The position numbers and the translations under genes were made by a program. Shown in pieces: positions 29,420 through 39,329 of a stretch of 64,000 nt of DNA (positions within the stretch are counted from its first letter, which is position 1; the number at the start of each line of letters is the position of its first letter). This DNA comes from an uncultured bacterium (lineage in GTDB: Bacteria; Pseudomonadota; Alphaproteobacteria; MED-G09), in assembly GCA_964001285.1 (NCBI GenBank), contig CAXFAF010000002.1, positions 11,613 through 75,612 of the forward strand. The letters are read 5' to 3'. The notes beneath the pieces are model-generated. The model saw only the letters and a program-made list of their open reading frames with translations. It did not search any database and was not told the origin of the DNA.

Positions 29420-29941
29420 CTAATAATTTTCGATCTTATCTTCAACGGCATGCCCTTCAAAAGGTATTAATATTTGTCTTTTAAAAGTACAAACAACTTT
29501 TCCATCTTGGTTTGTGCCGGTCGTTTTTATCGTTACTATCCCTTGACCTTCTCTAGTTTTGCTCTCTCTCTTTTCTAATACTTCTGATGAACCGTATATT
29601 GTATCCCCATGAAAAACCGGGGCGGTAAATTTAACCTCATCCATTCCGAGATTAGCTATCGCTTTTTGGCTGCAATCTGAAACGCTCATTCCGATTAAAA
29701 GCGATAAGGTATAAGGAGAAACAACAAGATTTTTACCAAATTCTGTAGCTTTGGCATATTCAGCATCAAAGTGAATTGGGTGTGTATTTAATGTCATAAG
29801 AGTAAATTGATGATTATCATATTCTGTAATCGTTTTACCAGGCCTATGGTCATAAACATCACCAACATTAAAATCTTCAAAATATCTTCCGAATTTTTCT
29901 ATATAATGATTAGGTGTAATTTCTTTTGAATTTTTAATCAT
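29420..29941 (-). CDS. MaoC-family (hot-dog) acyl-CoA hydratase/dehydratase
   Basis: GRYFEDF, DNHQFTLMTLNTHPIHFD, ANLG, PVFHGDT. Confidence 0.88.
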   Translation of the reverse strand: MIKNSKEITPNHYIEKFGRYFEDFNVGDVYDHRPGKTITEYDNHQFTLMTLNTHPIHFDAEYAKATEFGKNLVVSPYTLSLLIGMSVSDCSQKAIANLGMDEVKFTAPVFHGDTIYGSSEVLEKRESKTREGQGIVTIKTTGTNQDGKVVCTFKRQILIPFEGHAVEDKIENY

Positions 29942-29994
29942 TCGGTTTTATCCTGCTCTTTGTTAATTTATAAAGATATTATTTTGGAGAGATT

Positions 29995-31095
29995 ATGAAA
30001 ACAAGAACTTTGATCTTTTTTATAATGTTTTTTTTATCGGCCCCTCTTCTTTTTGCTGAATCTAATAATATCAATGATAGTTCTGATTTACCTTCGGGTG
30101 TATTGAGGACGCCTGACAGCCAGTTTGAAAACCTTGTAGATTATCCATTTGAACCCAATTACATGATTATTGACGGTTTAAGGGTTCATTATCTTGATGA
30201 AGGACCAAAAAATGCTGATCCAATTATTTTGTTTCATGGAGAACCGACTTGGAGTTATTTATATAGAAAAATGATTCCAGTTTTAACTGAAGCAGGACAC
30301 AGAGTAATTGTTCCCGATATGATTGGATTTGGAAAATCGGATAAATTTATTTCGAAACATGACTATAGTTACAAACATCACATTGATGTAATGAAGGAGC
30401 TTGTAATAAGACTAGATTTAAAAGAAGCCACCCATTTTGGTCAAGATTGGGGTGGATTAGTTGGCTTAAGGGTTGTGGCTGAACTGCCTGATCGTTTTGC
30501 AAGGGTTGTTGTATCTAATACAGGAATGGTAGCAAGAGACGGCTTTATCGGTTGGCTTTTTGAACGCTTTGTTAGAATTGTTGTTTGGTGGAATGGAGCT
30601 GTAACATTTGAAGAATTAAAAGCTGCGCAAGAAGAAGCCCTGACGATAGAAAATCCTACTCCCTTACAAGGGGCAAGAATGTTTTCCAAATGGATAGCTT
30701 ATTCTTATTATTCTGAAGATATGGATGTTGTTGGTATAATTGAAAACTTTGGAAGAATAGATCTTACAGATGAAGAGGAAAGAGCATATAAGGCTCCTTA
30801 TCCCACAGGAGAATATAAGGCGGGAGCTCATGTTTGGCCTTATTTAATACCAACCCAATTATCAGAGAATGAAGAGTATTGGATTAATGTATACGAAAAA
30901 TGGGATAAACCTTTTCTAGTAGCATTTGGAAGTGAAGAAAGAATCACCATTAGAATGAAAGATGATTTTGTAAACCGAATACCCAATCCGACTGTAATAA
31001 CAGTAGAGGGAGCTGGTCATTTTATTCAAGAAGAAGTAGGTCCTGAACTAGCCGTTATTATTAATGATTTTATTGATGGCAAACCTTTGAGATGA
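29995..31095 (+). CDS. Haloalkane dehalogenase-like alpha/beta hydrolase (HLD-I type) with signal peptide
   Basis: LRTPD, HYLDEGP, HGEPTWSYLYRKMI, GFGKSDK, QDWGG nucleophile, AGHFIQEE; N-terminal Sec signal. Confidence 0.85.
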   Translation: MKTRTLIFFIMFFLSAPLLFAESNNINDSSDLPSGVLRTPDSQFENLVDYPFEPNYMIIDGLRVHYLDEGPKNADPIILFHGEPTWSYLYRKMIPVLTEAGHRVIVPDMIGFGKSDKFISKHDYSYKHHIDVMKELVIRLDLKEATHFGQDWGGLVGLRVVAELPDRFARVVVSNTGMVARDGFIGWLFERFVRIVVWWNGAVTFEELKAAQEEALTIENPTPLQGARMFSKWIAYSYYSEDMDVVGIIENFGRIDLTDEEERAYKAPYPTGEYKAGAHVWPYLIPTQLSENEEYWINVYEKWDKPFLVAFGSEERITIRMKDDFVNRIPNPTVITVEGAGHFIQEEVGPELAVIINDFIDGKPLR

Positions 31096-31162
31096 TTTAG
31101 CCTTACAGGTTAAAACTATAGTATAATGTTGGTGATTCTTTTTGGTCACCCTAGTTTTGAAA

Positions 31163-32554
31163 ATGATAAATAAAAATCTTAAAATATTATTCATTTCTTT
31201 GTCTTTAATTATTACTGGTTGTGCATCAAATAAAAAAAAATATATAGAAAGATTACCTGATATACCTTCCAACTGGTCATCAATTTATGAAGGTCTAGAA
31301 AATTCAAATGGGTGGATCGATTCATTTGAAGATCAGAGACTTTATGCGCTTATAAATGAAGCTCTTGAAAATAATAAGGATTTGGGCATTGCTTATGAAA
31401 ATATAAAGATTGCTAGAGCTAGAGCAGGTGCATCATTAGCACCTCTTTTACCAACTGTTTCTGTTGGAGCGGCTAAAAGTCAAATTTCAACTACCTATCA
31501 AGACTCTGCTGGAGAAATCCAAAGGAATTACAATTATCGCGATAGTTTAACGACCCAACTAAACTGGGAAATTGATATTTGGGGAAGATTATCTACAAAA
31601 TCAAGAGCCTCTTATTTGAATGCTAAAGCAGTTTATTCTGATTATGAAGCGGCTAAATTATCAATTGTAGGCCTGACAGCGCAAGCTTGGTACTTATTTT
31701 GTGAGGCAAAACTTCAAACTGATTTAGCTCAAAGAAATTTAGAAACCAGATTAAGCACACTTAAAAGGGTGGAGAGTAGATATAATAAAGGAATTGTTCA
31801 AAGTAGAGACCTAAGGTTGGCAAGATCAGAAGTAGAATCAAGAAAAGCTGAGCTTCTAAATAGAGAAAAAGCAATGTCGGAAGCCGCGAGAAATCTCGAA
31901 ATAATAATTGGAAGATATCCGAGTGCAAATACTTCTCCAAAAGTATTACCAGAATTACCGCCCAAACCATCTATTGGTTCGCCTGAGGATGTATTAAAAA
32001 ATAGACCTGATATAATAAGTTCGGAAATACAACTTGAGCAAGCAGGATTAGAAGTTACAGCCGCAAGATTAGCCTTTTTGCCAAGTTTAAATATTACTGC
32101 CCAATGGTCGACATCCGAAAGAGATTGGTCAGATGCCTTTGACCCTGACAGGTTGGCAGGAAATATAATTGGGAGTTTGACTCAGTCTATATTCCAGGGT
32201 GGTACGAGAATTGCTCAAAGTAAAGTTACAGAATCGCAAATGCGAATTATATTAAATCAATACGCGAAAACTTTATTAGGAGCGGCAAGAGAAATTGAAG
32301 ATGCAATGTTTGCAGAAAATATACTTTTAGAAAGAGAAAATGCATTATCAAATGCTTTTAAAGAAGCCAAGGCAGCTGAAGATTTAACAATCGATCAATA
32401 TAATAAAGGTGTTGCAACTATTTTTGAACTCTTGGACGCGCAATCAAGAAGTTTAAATGCTGAAAGCTTATTAATTAACTCTCATTTATTGAGAATTACT
32501 AATCGAATTAAACTTCACTTAGCCATATCTTCGCCACTATTTGAGGAGATATAG
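31163..32554 (+). CDS. RND outer-membrane factor lipoprotein (NodT/OprM-like)
   Basis: Lipobox ITGC, ALENNKDL, WEIDIWGRL, NRPDI, AFLPSL; start moved to ATG 31163. Confidence 0.9.
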   Translation: MINKNLKILFISLSLIITGCASNKKKYIERLPDIPSNWSSIYEGLENSNGWIDSFEDQRLYALINEALENNKDLGIAYENIKIARARAGASLAPLLPTVSVGAAKSQISTTYQDSAGEIQRNYNYRDSLTTQLNWEIDIWGRLSTKSRASYLNAKAVYSDYEAAKLSIVGLTAQAWYLFCEAKLQTDLAQRNLETRLSTLKRVESRYNKGIVQSRDLRLARSEVESRKAELLNREKAMSEAARNLEIIIGRYPSANTSPKVLPELPPKPSIGSPEDVLKNRPDIISSEIQLEQAGLEVTAARLAFLPSLNITAQWSTSERDWSDAFDPDRLAGNIIGSLTQSIFQGGTRIAQSKVTESQMRIILNQYAKTLLGAAREIEDAMFAENILLERENALSNAFKEAKAAEDLTIDQYNKGVATIFELLDAQSRSLNAESLLINSHLLRITNRIKLHLAISSPLFEEI

Positions 32555-32558
32555 GTTA

Positions 32559-33737
32559 ATGATGAACCTTATCAGATTTATTCTTCGCTCAAGATATTTA
32601 CCAATAATAATTATTGCATTTGGAATTTTTATATCTTTTCTAATCTCCTCCTTTGATCCACAACCAAATAAAGGCATAGAAATACCAAAACCCACAGCTG
32701 TTTTTTATGAAAATCCAGTTAAAAGGGACATTTATTTAAAGGTTACTACAAATGGTGAGGTAAGATCGGTAACTGAAATAAATGTTATTCCGCAAGTTAG
32801 TGGAAGGATAGTCCAAGTTGCTAATGAATTTATTGATGGCGGAAATATAAAAAAAGATCAACCACTTATCTGGATAGACGATCGAGATTATAAATTAGCA
32901 GTAATTTCTGCAGAATCGAGAGTTGCGCAAGCAAGAAAGTTCTTGGAAAGGGAAATTGCAGAAAGTGAGTTAGCAAAAAAAGATTGGGAAGAGCTTGGAG
33001 AGGGTGAAGCTAGTCCACTTACATTAAGAATTCCACAATTAGAAGAAGCAAGAGCTAACTTGAATGCTGCAGAAGCGGATTTGGAAAAAGCTAAATTAAA
33101 TCTAGAAAGAACAACAATTTCCCTACCTTTTGATGGTCTGATTAAGAAAAAAAATGCTGGTATTGGACAATATGTAAATGCTGGTTCCTTATTGGGATCA
33201 GCTTTTTCAACAGAGAAAGTTCTGATACCTCTGCCATTAACGGATACAGAGTTATCATATTTGGGTTTGCCTTTAGGGTATGAATCAGAAGGTTTTTTTC
33301 AAGGCCCAAAGGTCATTTTTAGATCATTTATTTCAAGGAAAAATAGTGAATGGACTGGAAGGATAACTAGAACCTCAGGTTCCATAGATAGTTTAACTAG
33401 GCTTGTTTATGCTTACGCAGAAGTTTTAAATCCTTATGATGAAAGTCCTCCATTAGCCATAGGCACTTATGTTGATGCAGAGATACAAGGTAGTTTTATT
33501 GAGGGTGGTTTTATAATCCCAATTTCATCAATAAAAAATGAAAATAAAATTTATGTAATTGATCAAAATAATAAACTACAAATTAAAGAAATCGAAATCT
33601 TTGGAACCGATGAAGACAATGTTATTATCAGAGGCGATATTACTGAAGATGAAATGATTATTGTCTCTGCAATGAATTCAGGATTTGAGGGTATGGAGCT
33701 AACTCCTATGCTATTGGAAAAAAACACGGAGTTTTGA
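32559..33737 (+). CDS. RND periplasmic adaptor (membrane fusion protein)
   Basis: N-terminal TM, PQVSGRIV lipoyl half, coiled coil, LERTTISLPFDG; start moved to ATG 32559 after GAGGAG. Confidence 0.9.
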   Translation: MMNLIRFILRSRYLPIIIIAFGIFISFLISSFDPQPNKGIEIPKPTAVFYENPVKRDIYLKVTTNGEVRSVTEINVIPQVSGRIVQVANEFIDGGNIKKDQPLIWIDDRDYKLAVISAESRVAQARKFLEREIAESELAKKDWEELGEGEASPLTLRIPQLEEARANLNAAEADLEKAKLNLERTTISLPFDGLIKKKNAGIGQYVNAGSLLGSAFSTEKVLIPLPLTDTELSYLGLPLGYESEGFFQGPKVIFRSFISRKNSEWTGRITRTSGSIDSLTRLVYAYAEVLNPYDESPPLAIGTYVDAEIQGSFIEGGFIIPISSIKNENKIYVIDQNNKLQIKEIEIFGTDEDNVIIRGDITEDEMIIVSAMNSGFEGMELTPMLLEKNTEF

Positions 33738-33741
33738 TTTT

Positions 33742-36700
33742 ATGTACAAAATAATCTCATGGTGGGCAAGAAACCCTGTAGCTGCAAACCTCCTAATGGT
33801 AGGTATTATATTTCTAGGGATAGGAACTTTTTCAAGAATTGAACAGGAAGTATTTCCTAAAATTTCACCACCCGTTGTCTCAATTCATTATACTTGGCCA
33901 GGAGCTTCGCCAAAAGAAGTAGAAGACCAAATTCTGGTAAGGGTCGAAGAATCTTTAAACAGTCTTGAAGGTATTGATAAAATTAGAGGTTTTGCAACAG
34001 AAAGTTTTGGCGGTATTTATGTACAGGCTTTTTCAGGTGTAGATTTAAATAATTTAATCCAAGAAGTTAAGAGAGAAGTTGATGCAATAATTTCTATACC
34101 AAGAGATGTTTATCCTCCAGTTGTTGATGATGCATCTTTTCAATTTCCAATTATGGCAATTGCTTTAACTGGAGATGTTTCTGAGAAATTATTAACTAAG
34201 ACAACTCAATCTTTAAGGGATGAGTTGGCTCTTGAGCCACATGTTGAAGTTGTTAACCTGTTAGGAAGTAGACAAGAAGAAATTTCAATCGAATTATCAG
34301 AAACAGCTATGCGTAGATATGGTTTGAATTTTGATGATGTTGCTAATGCAATTAGAAAGAATTCGATTAATTTATCTTCAGGAAACATTAAGTCGGAAAC
34401 TGGCACATTACAATTAAGCACAAGGAATCTTGGGAATACATTTGAAGATTTTAGTGAAATAGTAATCTTACAAACACCAGACGGTGGAAAAATAAAAGTA
34501 TCTGATGTTGCAACTGTTGTAGATGGTTTTGAAGATAGAGATATTCATGATGTCTTTATTAATGTTGAAACTGGAAAAAGCACTCCTTTACAAGGCTTGA
34601 TGGTTATGTCCACGGATAATATGAATGTTGTGAAAACTTCAAAATCTGTAAATAACTGGGTTAAAGAAAAACAAAATGACTTACCTGAGGGCATTAGTAT
34701 TCAAGTTTGGACAGATCAATCGGAACTGTACAGCGGTAGAATGAGTTTAATATTAAATGCTGCTTATGGCGGATTAATTCTTGTTTTTATTATACTGATG
34801 CTTTTTTTACGCCCAGCGGTAGCCATATGGTGTTCAGTAGGAATAGGAACAGCTTTTACAGGAGCATTAATTTTTCTACCAGGTATGGACATTTCTTTAA
34901 ATGTCATTTCATTATTTGCTTTTCTTTTGGTTATAGGAATTATTGTTGATGATGCTGTAATAGTTGGAGAAAATATCCATCTAGAATATGAAAGAGGAAG
35001 AACAGGTACTGATGCGGCTATTACTGGAGCTTATTTAGTTTCAAAACCGGTTTTTTTTGCTGTTATTACAACGATGATAGCTTTTTTACCTTGGTTATTC
35101 TTAGATAGTTGGCAGGTTCAATTTGTAAGAAATATTTCTTTTATAGTGCTATTTGCTCTTGCTTTTTCACTTATAGAAGCTTTTTTTATCCTTCCCGCAC
35201 ATCTCTCTAATCTTAAACCATATGAGCCGAAATCTAGATTTTCAAAAATTCAAAGAAGGTTTGCTCAAGGAATTGTTAATTTTGGTAAAACAAAATATAT
35301 GCCTGTATTAGTTTCAGCATTGAGAAGGCGATACACAGCTGTAGCTTGTTTCGTTTCAATATTAATAATTGTGATGTCGATATCTTCATCTAATTGGCTT
35401 ACTAGAAGCTTTCTTCCTAATGTTGAAGATGATGAGATGACTATCGCGATTTCTATACCTTCCGGTTCACCTTTTTCTAGGACAATTGAGATTGGTAAGA
35501 AAGTTGAAGATGCAGGTTATAAGACAATAGAGTATTATGAAGGAAAAGATGAGGCAATTAAAGGTATCTTACTGATACTTAATGAAAATAAAATAAATGC
35601 TTATATTAACCTTCATGATCCCTCAATTCGTAAAGCTTCAGCAAAAGACATCGCTAATTTATATAGAGAATATATTGGAGATATTCCTGACGCAGAAAGT
35701 TTTTCTATAGGTACTCAAATCGGAAGAGATAGTTCTTCACCAGATATTGAGTTTAATATTACCTCTACCACTTCTAAAAAATTGTTTGAAGCATCTGAAG
35801 AGTTTATGGGTAAGTTGAGATCTTATGATTCCGTTTATGATGTTAGTACTAGTATTAATAGTGCTGCAACAGAATTACAAATTTCTCTAAAACCTAATGC
35901 AGAAAAAATCGGTTTAACACTTGGTGAAATTTCGCGTCAGGTTAGACAAGCTTATTATGGTGAAGAGGTACAAAGGCTACCTCGTGATGGTGAAGATGTA
36001 AGAGTCATGGTTCATTATCCAAAAAAACTTAGAAGATCAATCGATAGTCTTACTAAATTCAGGATTAGAACTCCTGATGGAAGAGAGGTCCCATTCATGT
36101 CTGTCGCAAATGTATCTCAATCTCCAGGTATTACGAAAATAGAAAGGATTGATGGAAAAACAAGCGCTACAATCAGCGCTTATGCTTTTGAAGGAGAGAA
36201 ATCTAGAGTGATGGCAGATTTCCGAGAGAGCTTTTTACCTCTTTTTGACGATAAATATCCTGAGGTAAGTTGGGATTTTTCAGGCGAAGCAGAAGGAGAG
36301 GATGAATTTTTTGCTCAAATTAGATTTTATGCTCTTGCAGCTATCCTTACAATGTTCGCATTACTTTCAATAGCTTTTAGATCGTATTTTTTACCAATAA
36401 TTATTTTGTCTGCACTACCTTTCGGTTTCTGCGGAGCAATCATTGGGCATGTAATTTTTGGAAAAGGTCTGTCAATGATCTCATATTGGGGGATAGGTGC
36501 TGCATGTGGAGTTGTTATTAATGATAATCTTGTTTTAGTTGATTATATAATTAGGGTTAGAAAGAGTGGAAAACACCTACTAGAGGCTGTGATCGAAGCC
36601 GGTGTTGTAAGATTTAGACCAATTGTCATTACTTCTATAACAACTTTTGTTGGTTTAACACCAATTATGTTAGAGCCATCAGTTCAAGCTAATTTTCTTA

Positions 36701-36858
36701 AACCTGCAGTAATTTCATTGACATGGGGAGTTGTTCTTTGTGCTCCAGTTACATTAATCTTGGCGCCTTGTTTAATGGTTATTGGAGCAGATATAGTTGA
36801 TTTATTTAGTAAAATTCCTTCTATTTTAAAGAAACAAGTATCACCTAAGGCAACTTAA
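33742..36858 (+). CDS. RND efflux transporter permease (AcrB-like)
   Basis: 1038 aa, WPGASPKEVE, IGIIVDDAVIVGENI, GVVINDNLVL, RFRPIVITSITT. Confidence 0.93.
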   Translation: MYKIISWWARNPVAANLLMVGIIFLGIGTFSRIEQEVFPKISPPVVSIHYTWPGASPKEVEDQILVRVEESLNSLEGIDKIRGFATESFGGIYVQAFSGVDLNNLIQEVKREVDAIISIPRDVYPPVVDDASFQFPIMAIALTGDVSEKLLTKTTQSLRDELALEPHVEVVNLLGSRQEEISIELSETAMRRYGLNFDDVANAIRKNSINLSSGNIKSETGTLQLSTRNLGNTFEDFSEIVILQTPDGGKIKVSDVATVVDGFEDRDIHDVFINVETGKSTPLQGLMVMSTDNMNVVKTSKSVNNWVKEKQNDLPEGISIQVWTDQSELYSGRMSLILNAAYGGLILVFIILMLFLRPAVAIWCSVGIGTAFTGALIFLPGMDISLNVISLFAFLLVIGIIVDDAVIVGENIHLEYERGRTGTDAAITGAYLVSKPVFFAVITTMIAFLPWLFLDSWQVQFVRNISFIVLFALAFSLIEAFFILPAHLSNLKPYEPKSRFSKIQRRFAQGIVNFGKTKYMPVLVSALRRRYTAVACFVSILIIVMSISSSNWLTRSFLPNVEDDEMTIAISIPSGSPFSRTIEIGKKVEDAGYKTIEYYEGKDEAIKGILLILNENKINAYINLHDPSIRKASAKDIANLYREYIGDIPDAESFSIGTQIGRDSSSPDIEFNITSTTSKKLFEASEEFMGKLRSYDSVYDVSTSINSAATELQISLKPNAEKIGLTLGEISRQVRQAYYGEEVQRLPRDGEDVRVMVHYPKKLRRSIDSLTKFRIRTPDGREVPFMSVANVSQSPGITKIERIDGKTSATISAYAFEGEKSRVMADFRESFLPLFDDKYPEVSWDFSGEAEGEDEFFAQIRFYALAAILTMFALLSIAFRSYFLPIIILSALPFGFCGAIIGHVIFGKGLSMISYWGIGAACGVVINDNLVLVDYIIRVRKSGKHLLEAVIEAGVVRFRPIVITSITTFVGLTPIMLEPSVQANFLKPAVISLTWGVVLCAPVTLILAPCLMVIGADIVDLFSKIPSILKKQVSPKAT

Positions 36859-36882
36859 AAGCTGTTTATCAACGATTCTAAT

Positions 36883-36912
36883 TTGACAACCGTTATAAAA
36901 TTTTGCCATAAT
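36883..36912 (+). promoter_or_regulatory. Sigma70-type promoter for the small ORF-P450-rhodanese operon
   Basis: TTGACA (36883-36888), 18 nt spacer, TGn-extended CATAAT (36907-36912). Confidence 0.6.
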
Positions 36913-36946
36913 TTTTTTAAGATTAATGAATAGGGGGTGGTAAATT

Positions 36947-37147
36947 TTGAATCCTTTAATTAGGACATACAAATATACAATTGATTGGATCAATTCAAAA
37001 GGTGAAATGGTTCAGAACATTGTTGATGCAACATCTATGCAGGAAGCCATGAAAAAGCTTCAAAGCTGGACAGGTGAAGCTTTTAGTAGTAGTGGTTCAG
37101 GGAAACCAAGATTTGTAAATATTATTGAATCAGATAACGGCAAATAA
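36947..37147 (+). CDS. Small hypothetical protein (66 aa)
   Basis: Fills the intergenic gap, TTG start after AGGGGGTGG, protein-like composition, ends 9 nt before the P450. Confidence 0.7.
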   Translation: MNPLIRTYKYTIDWINSKGEMVQNIVDATSMQEAMKKLQSWTGEAFSSSGSGKPRFVNIIESDNGK

Positions 37148-37156
37148 GATATCAAA

Positions 37157-38401
37157 ATGCATAAAGATGAATTTAAGAAGATAGCTTATCCCGAAACATA
37201 TACAGATGAAAAAAAACTTCATGAAATTTTTACTTTCATGAGAAAAGAGGACCCAATCTCTTGGGTAGAACCAGAAGAATATAGACCCTTTTGGGCGGTT
37301 ACTAAACATTCTGATATTGTTGAAATAGAAAAACAAAATGATTTTTTTATCAATGACCCAAGAACGACTTTAATGGATATTCCTACAGAAGAGGCTATCA
37401 AGCAATTTACTGGCGGAAGTCATATATTGGTAAGATCTCTAGTGCATATGGATAATCCAGATCATCTGAATTATAGATCTTTAACACAAAAATGGTTTGC
37501 TCCACCAAACCTTGTGTCTTTAAAAGAAAAAATTAGAAATATAGCCAAAGAATATGTAAAAAAAATGGTTGATAATGGTAATGAATGTGATTTTGTAAAA
37601 GATGTAGCTATATTTTATCCACTTAGAGTGATTATGTCGATATTAGGTGTGCCTAAAGAAGACGAAGGTCGAATGCTTAGGCTTACTCAAGAATTGTTTG
37701 GTGGCAAAGATGAAGAAATGATCAGGGATACCGAAGATCAAGATCCAGAATCGAATACCATTACTGATTTTTTTGAATACTTTAATGCCTTAACTGAAGA
37801 AAGAAGAAAAAATCCAACTGATGATGTAGCAAGTGTCATCGCAAATGCCAAAATTAATAATGAACCATTAGGTCATTTTGAAGCCATGTCTTATTATGTA
37901 ATAATTGCCACTGCTGGCCATGATACCACCTCATCTTCTGCTGCTGGTGGAGTTTTGGCTTTAATTGAAAATCCAGATGAGTTTGTGAAATTAAAAAATG
38001 ATCCATCACTGATGTCTACAGCTGTTGAAGAAACGATAAGATGGGTAACTCCCGTTAAAAGTTTTTTCAGAACAGCCACAGAAGATTATGAATTGAAGGG
38101 AAGACAATTAAAAAAAGATGATTCAATTCTTTTGTGTTATCCATCGGGCAACAGAGATGAAGAGGTGTTTGAGAATCCTTTTGATTTTAAAGTCGATAGA
38201 AACCCAAATAAACATTTAGCCTTTGGACATGGCGCACATTTATGCCTTGGAAAATATTTAGCAAAAATAGAAATGGAAATTTTCTATGAGGAATTATTTA
38301 GTAAGATTAAGAATATTGAGCTTAATGGGACTCCAGAATGGGTCAAGGCTAGTTTTGTTTCCGGATTAAAATCATTGCCAATTAGATACACTTTACAATA
38401 A
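37157..38401 (+). CDS. Cytochrome P450 (CYP108/P450terp-like)
   Basis: FWAVTKHSDI, I-helix ATAGHDTT, EETIR, heme motif FGHGAHLCLG. Confidence 0.93.
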   Translation: MHKDEFKKIAYPETYTDEKKLHEIFTFMRKEDPISWVEPEEYRPFWAVTKHSDIVEIEKQNDFFINDPRTTLMDIPTEEAIKQFTGGSHILVRSLVHMDNPDHLNYRSLTQKWFAPPNLVSLKEKIRNIAKEYVKKMVDNGNECDFVKDVAIFYPLRVIMSILGVPKEDEGRMLRLTQELFGGKDEEMIRDTEDQDPESNTITDFFEYFNALTEERRKNPTDDVASVIANAKINNEPLGHFEAMSYYVIIATAGHDTTSSSAAGGVLALIENPDEFVKLKNDPSLMSTAVEETIRWVTPVKSFFRTATEDYELKGRQLKKDDSILLCYPSGNRDEEVFENPFDFKVDRNPNKHLAFGHGAHLCLGKYLAKIEMEIFYEELFSKIKNIELNGTPEWVKASFVSGLKSLPIRYTLQ

Positions 38402-38411
38402 GGTATTAGAC

Positions 38412-38783
38412 ATGAGAACTTTTCAAGAAATTTTAAAAGAAGCTAATGACGCCGTCCCCTCAATTAGCCCTGAAGAAGCTAAATCTTTACAAGATGAAGG
38501 TGCATTAATTATAGACATAAGGGAATTAGAAGAAATTAAAGCAACAGGCAAAGCTCAAGGCGCATTTCATATTCCAAGAGGATTGTTAGAGTTCCAAACA
38601 AAATTGACTAATCCTAATGGGCTAGAGGGATTTACCCCTGAAAATAACATTATTCTTTATTGTGCTTCTGGTGGCAGAGCTGCTCTGGCAGGTAAATCAC
38701 TTAAAGATATGGGTTTTGAGAAAGTATTTAACCTTGGTGGTTTAAAAGATTGGGCAGAAGCAAATCTTCCAATAGAAAAATAA
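38412..38783 (+). CDS. Single-domain rhodanese-like protein
   Basis: IIDIRE, HIPRGLLE, active loop YCASGGR, LGGLKDW. Confidence 0.9.
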   Translation: MRTFQEILKEANDAVPSISPEEAKSLQDEGALIIDIRELEEIKATGKAQGAFHIPRGLLEFQTKLTNPNGLEGFTPENNIILYCASGGRAALAGKSLKDMGFEKVFNLGGLKDWAEANLPIEK

Positions 38784-38790
38784 ATCAATT

Positions 38791-39246
38791 CTAAAATCTC
38801 ATCATTCCATAATCATCAGCGGGTTCTGGAAGATTATTTGGGTCATGTGTTTTAGCATTTAAATCGGTATCTAGAAATTCATAAACATCGGTTATTATAG
38901 AATTTTGTATTTTAAATATTTGACAATAGGTGGCTTCAAATTTTTCACCTTTAATTGTTTCAGCTTCTCCTGTCATAAGGCCAACGACACTATTTTCATC
39001 AGCACACATTATTTTCCATTTTTCAGCAAAAACAACTGTTTCAGGTTTAAAGGATTTCATTATTGAGGGAACTAATACGCCATATACCTTATCTCTTCCC
39101 TCCCATCTTCCAGAGAAAGGTCCAGTACCGATTACATGAAAAATAACATCTTCACTCATAAGGCCGAGTACTGAATCGAAGTTACCACCGTTAATAGATG
39201 TATAATATGTTTCAGCAATTTTTCTATTGTTTTCAACTGTAGCCAT
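38791..39246 (-). CDS. SnoaL/NTF2-like (ketosteroid isomerase-like) protein
   Basis: ENNRKIAETYY, LMSEDVIFHVIG..PFSG.WEG, YEFLDT. Confidence 0.8.
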   Translation of the reverse strand: MATVENNRKIAETYYTSINGGNFDSVLGLMSEDVIFHVIGTGPFSGRWEGRDKVYGVLVPSIMKSFKPETVVFAEKWKIMCADENSVVGLMTGEAETIKGEKFEATYCQIFKIQNSIITDVYEFLDTDLNAKTHDPNNLPEPADDYGMMRF

Positions 39247-39329
39247 TTATTTTCCTTTTTTATTGTTTAGTTTAATTTTTATTTCTATAAGACTAATGAC
39301 ATGCAGTCAAAAAGAGAAGGAGTTATTTA

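Noticed and set aside
31131-31150. Hairpin GGTGA...TCACC between the dehalogenase and OMF genes as a terminator or riboswitch
   Set aside because: Short stem, no adjacent U tract and no aptamer consensus; cannot be supported
39291-39309. TGAC-ATGCA-GTCA / GACT...AGTC palindromes upstream of the ACAD pair
   Set aside because: Arms only 4 bp and no second copy seen in the window
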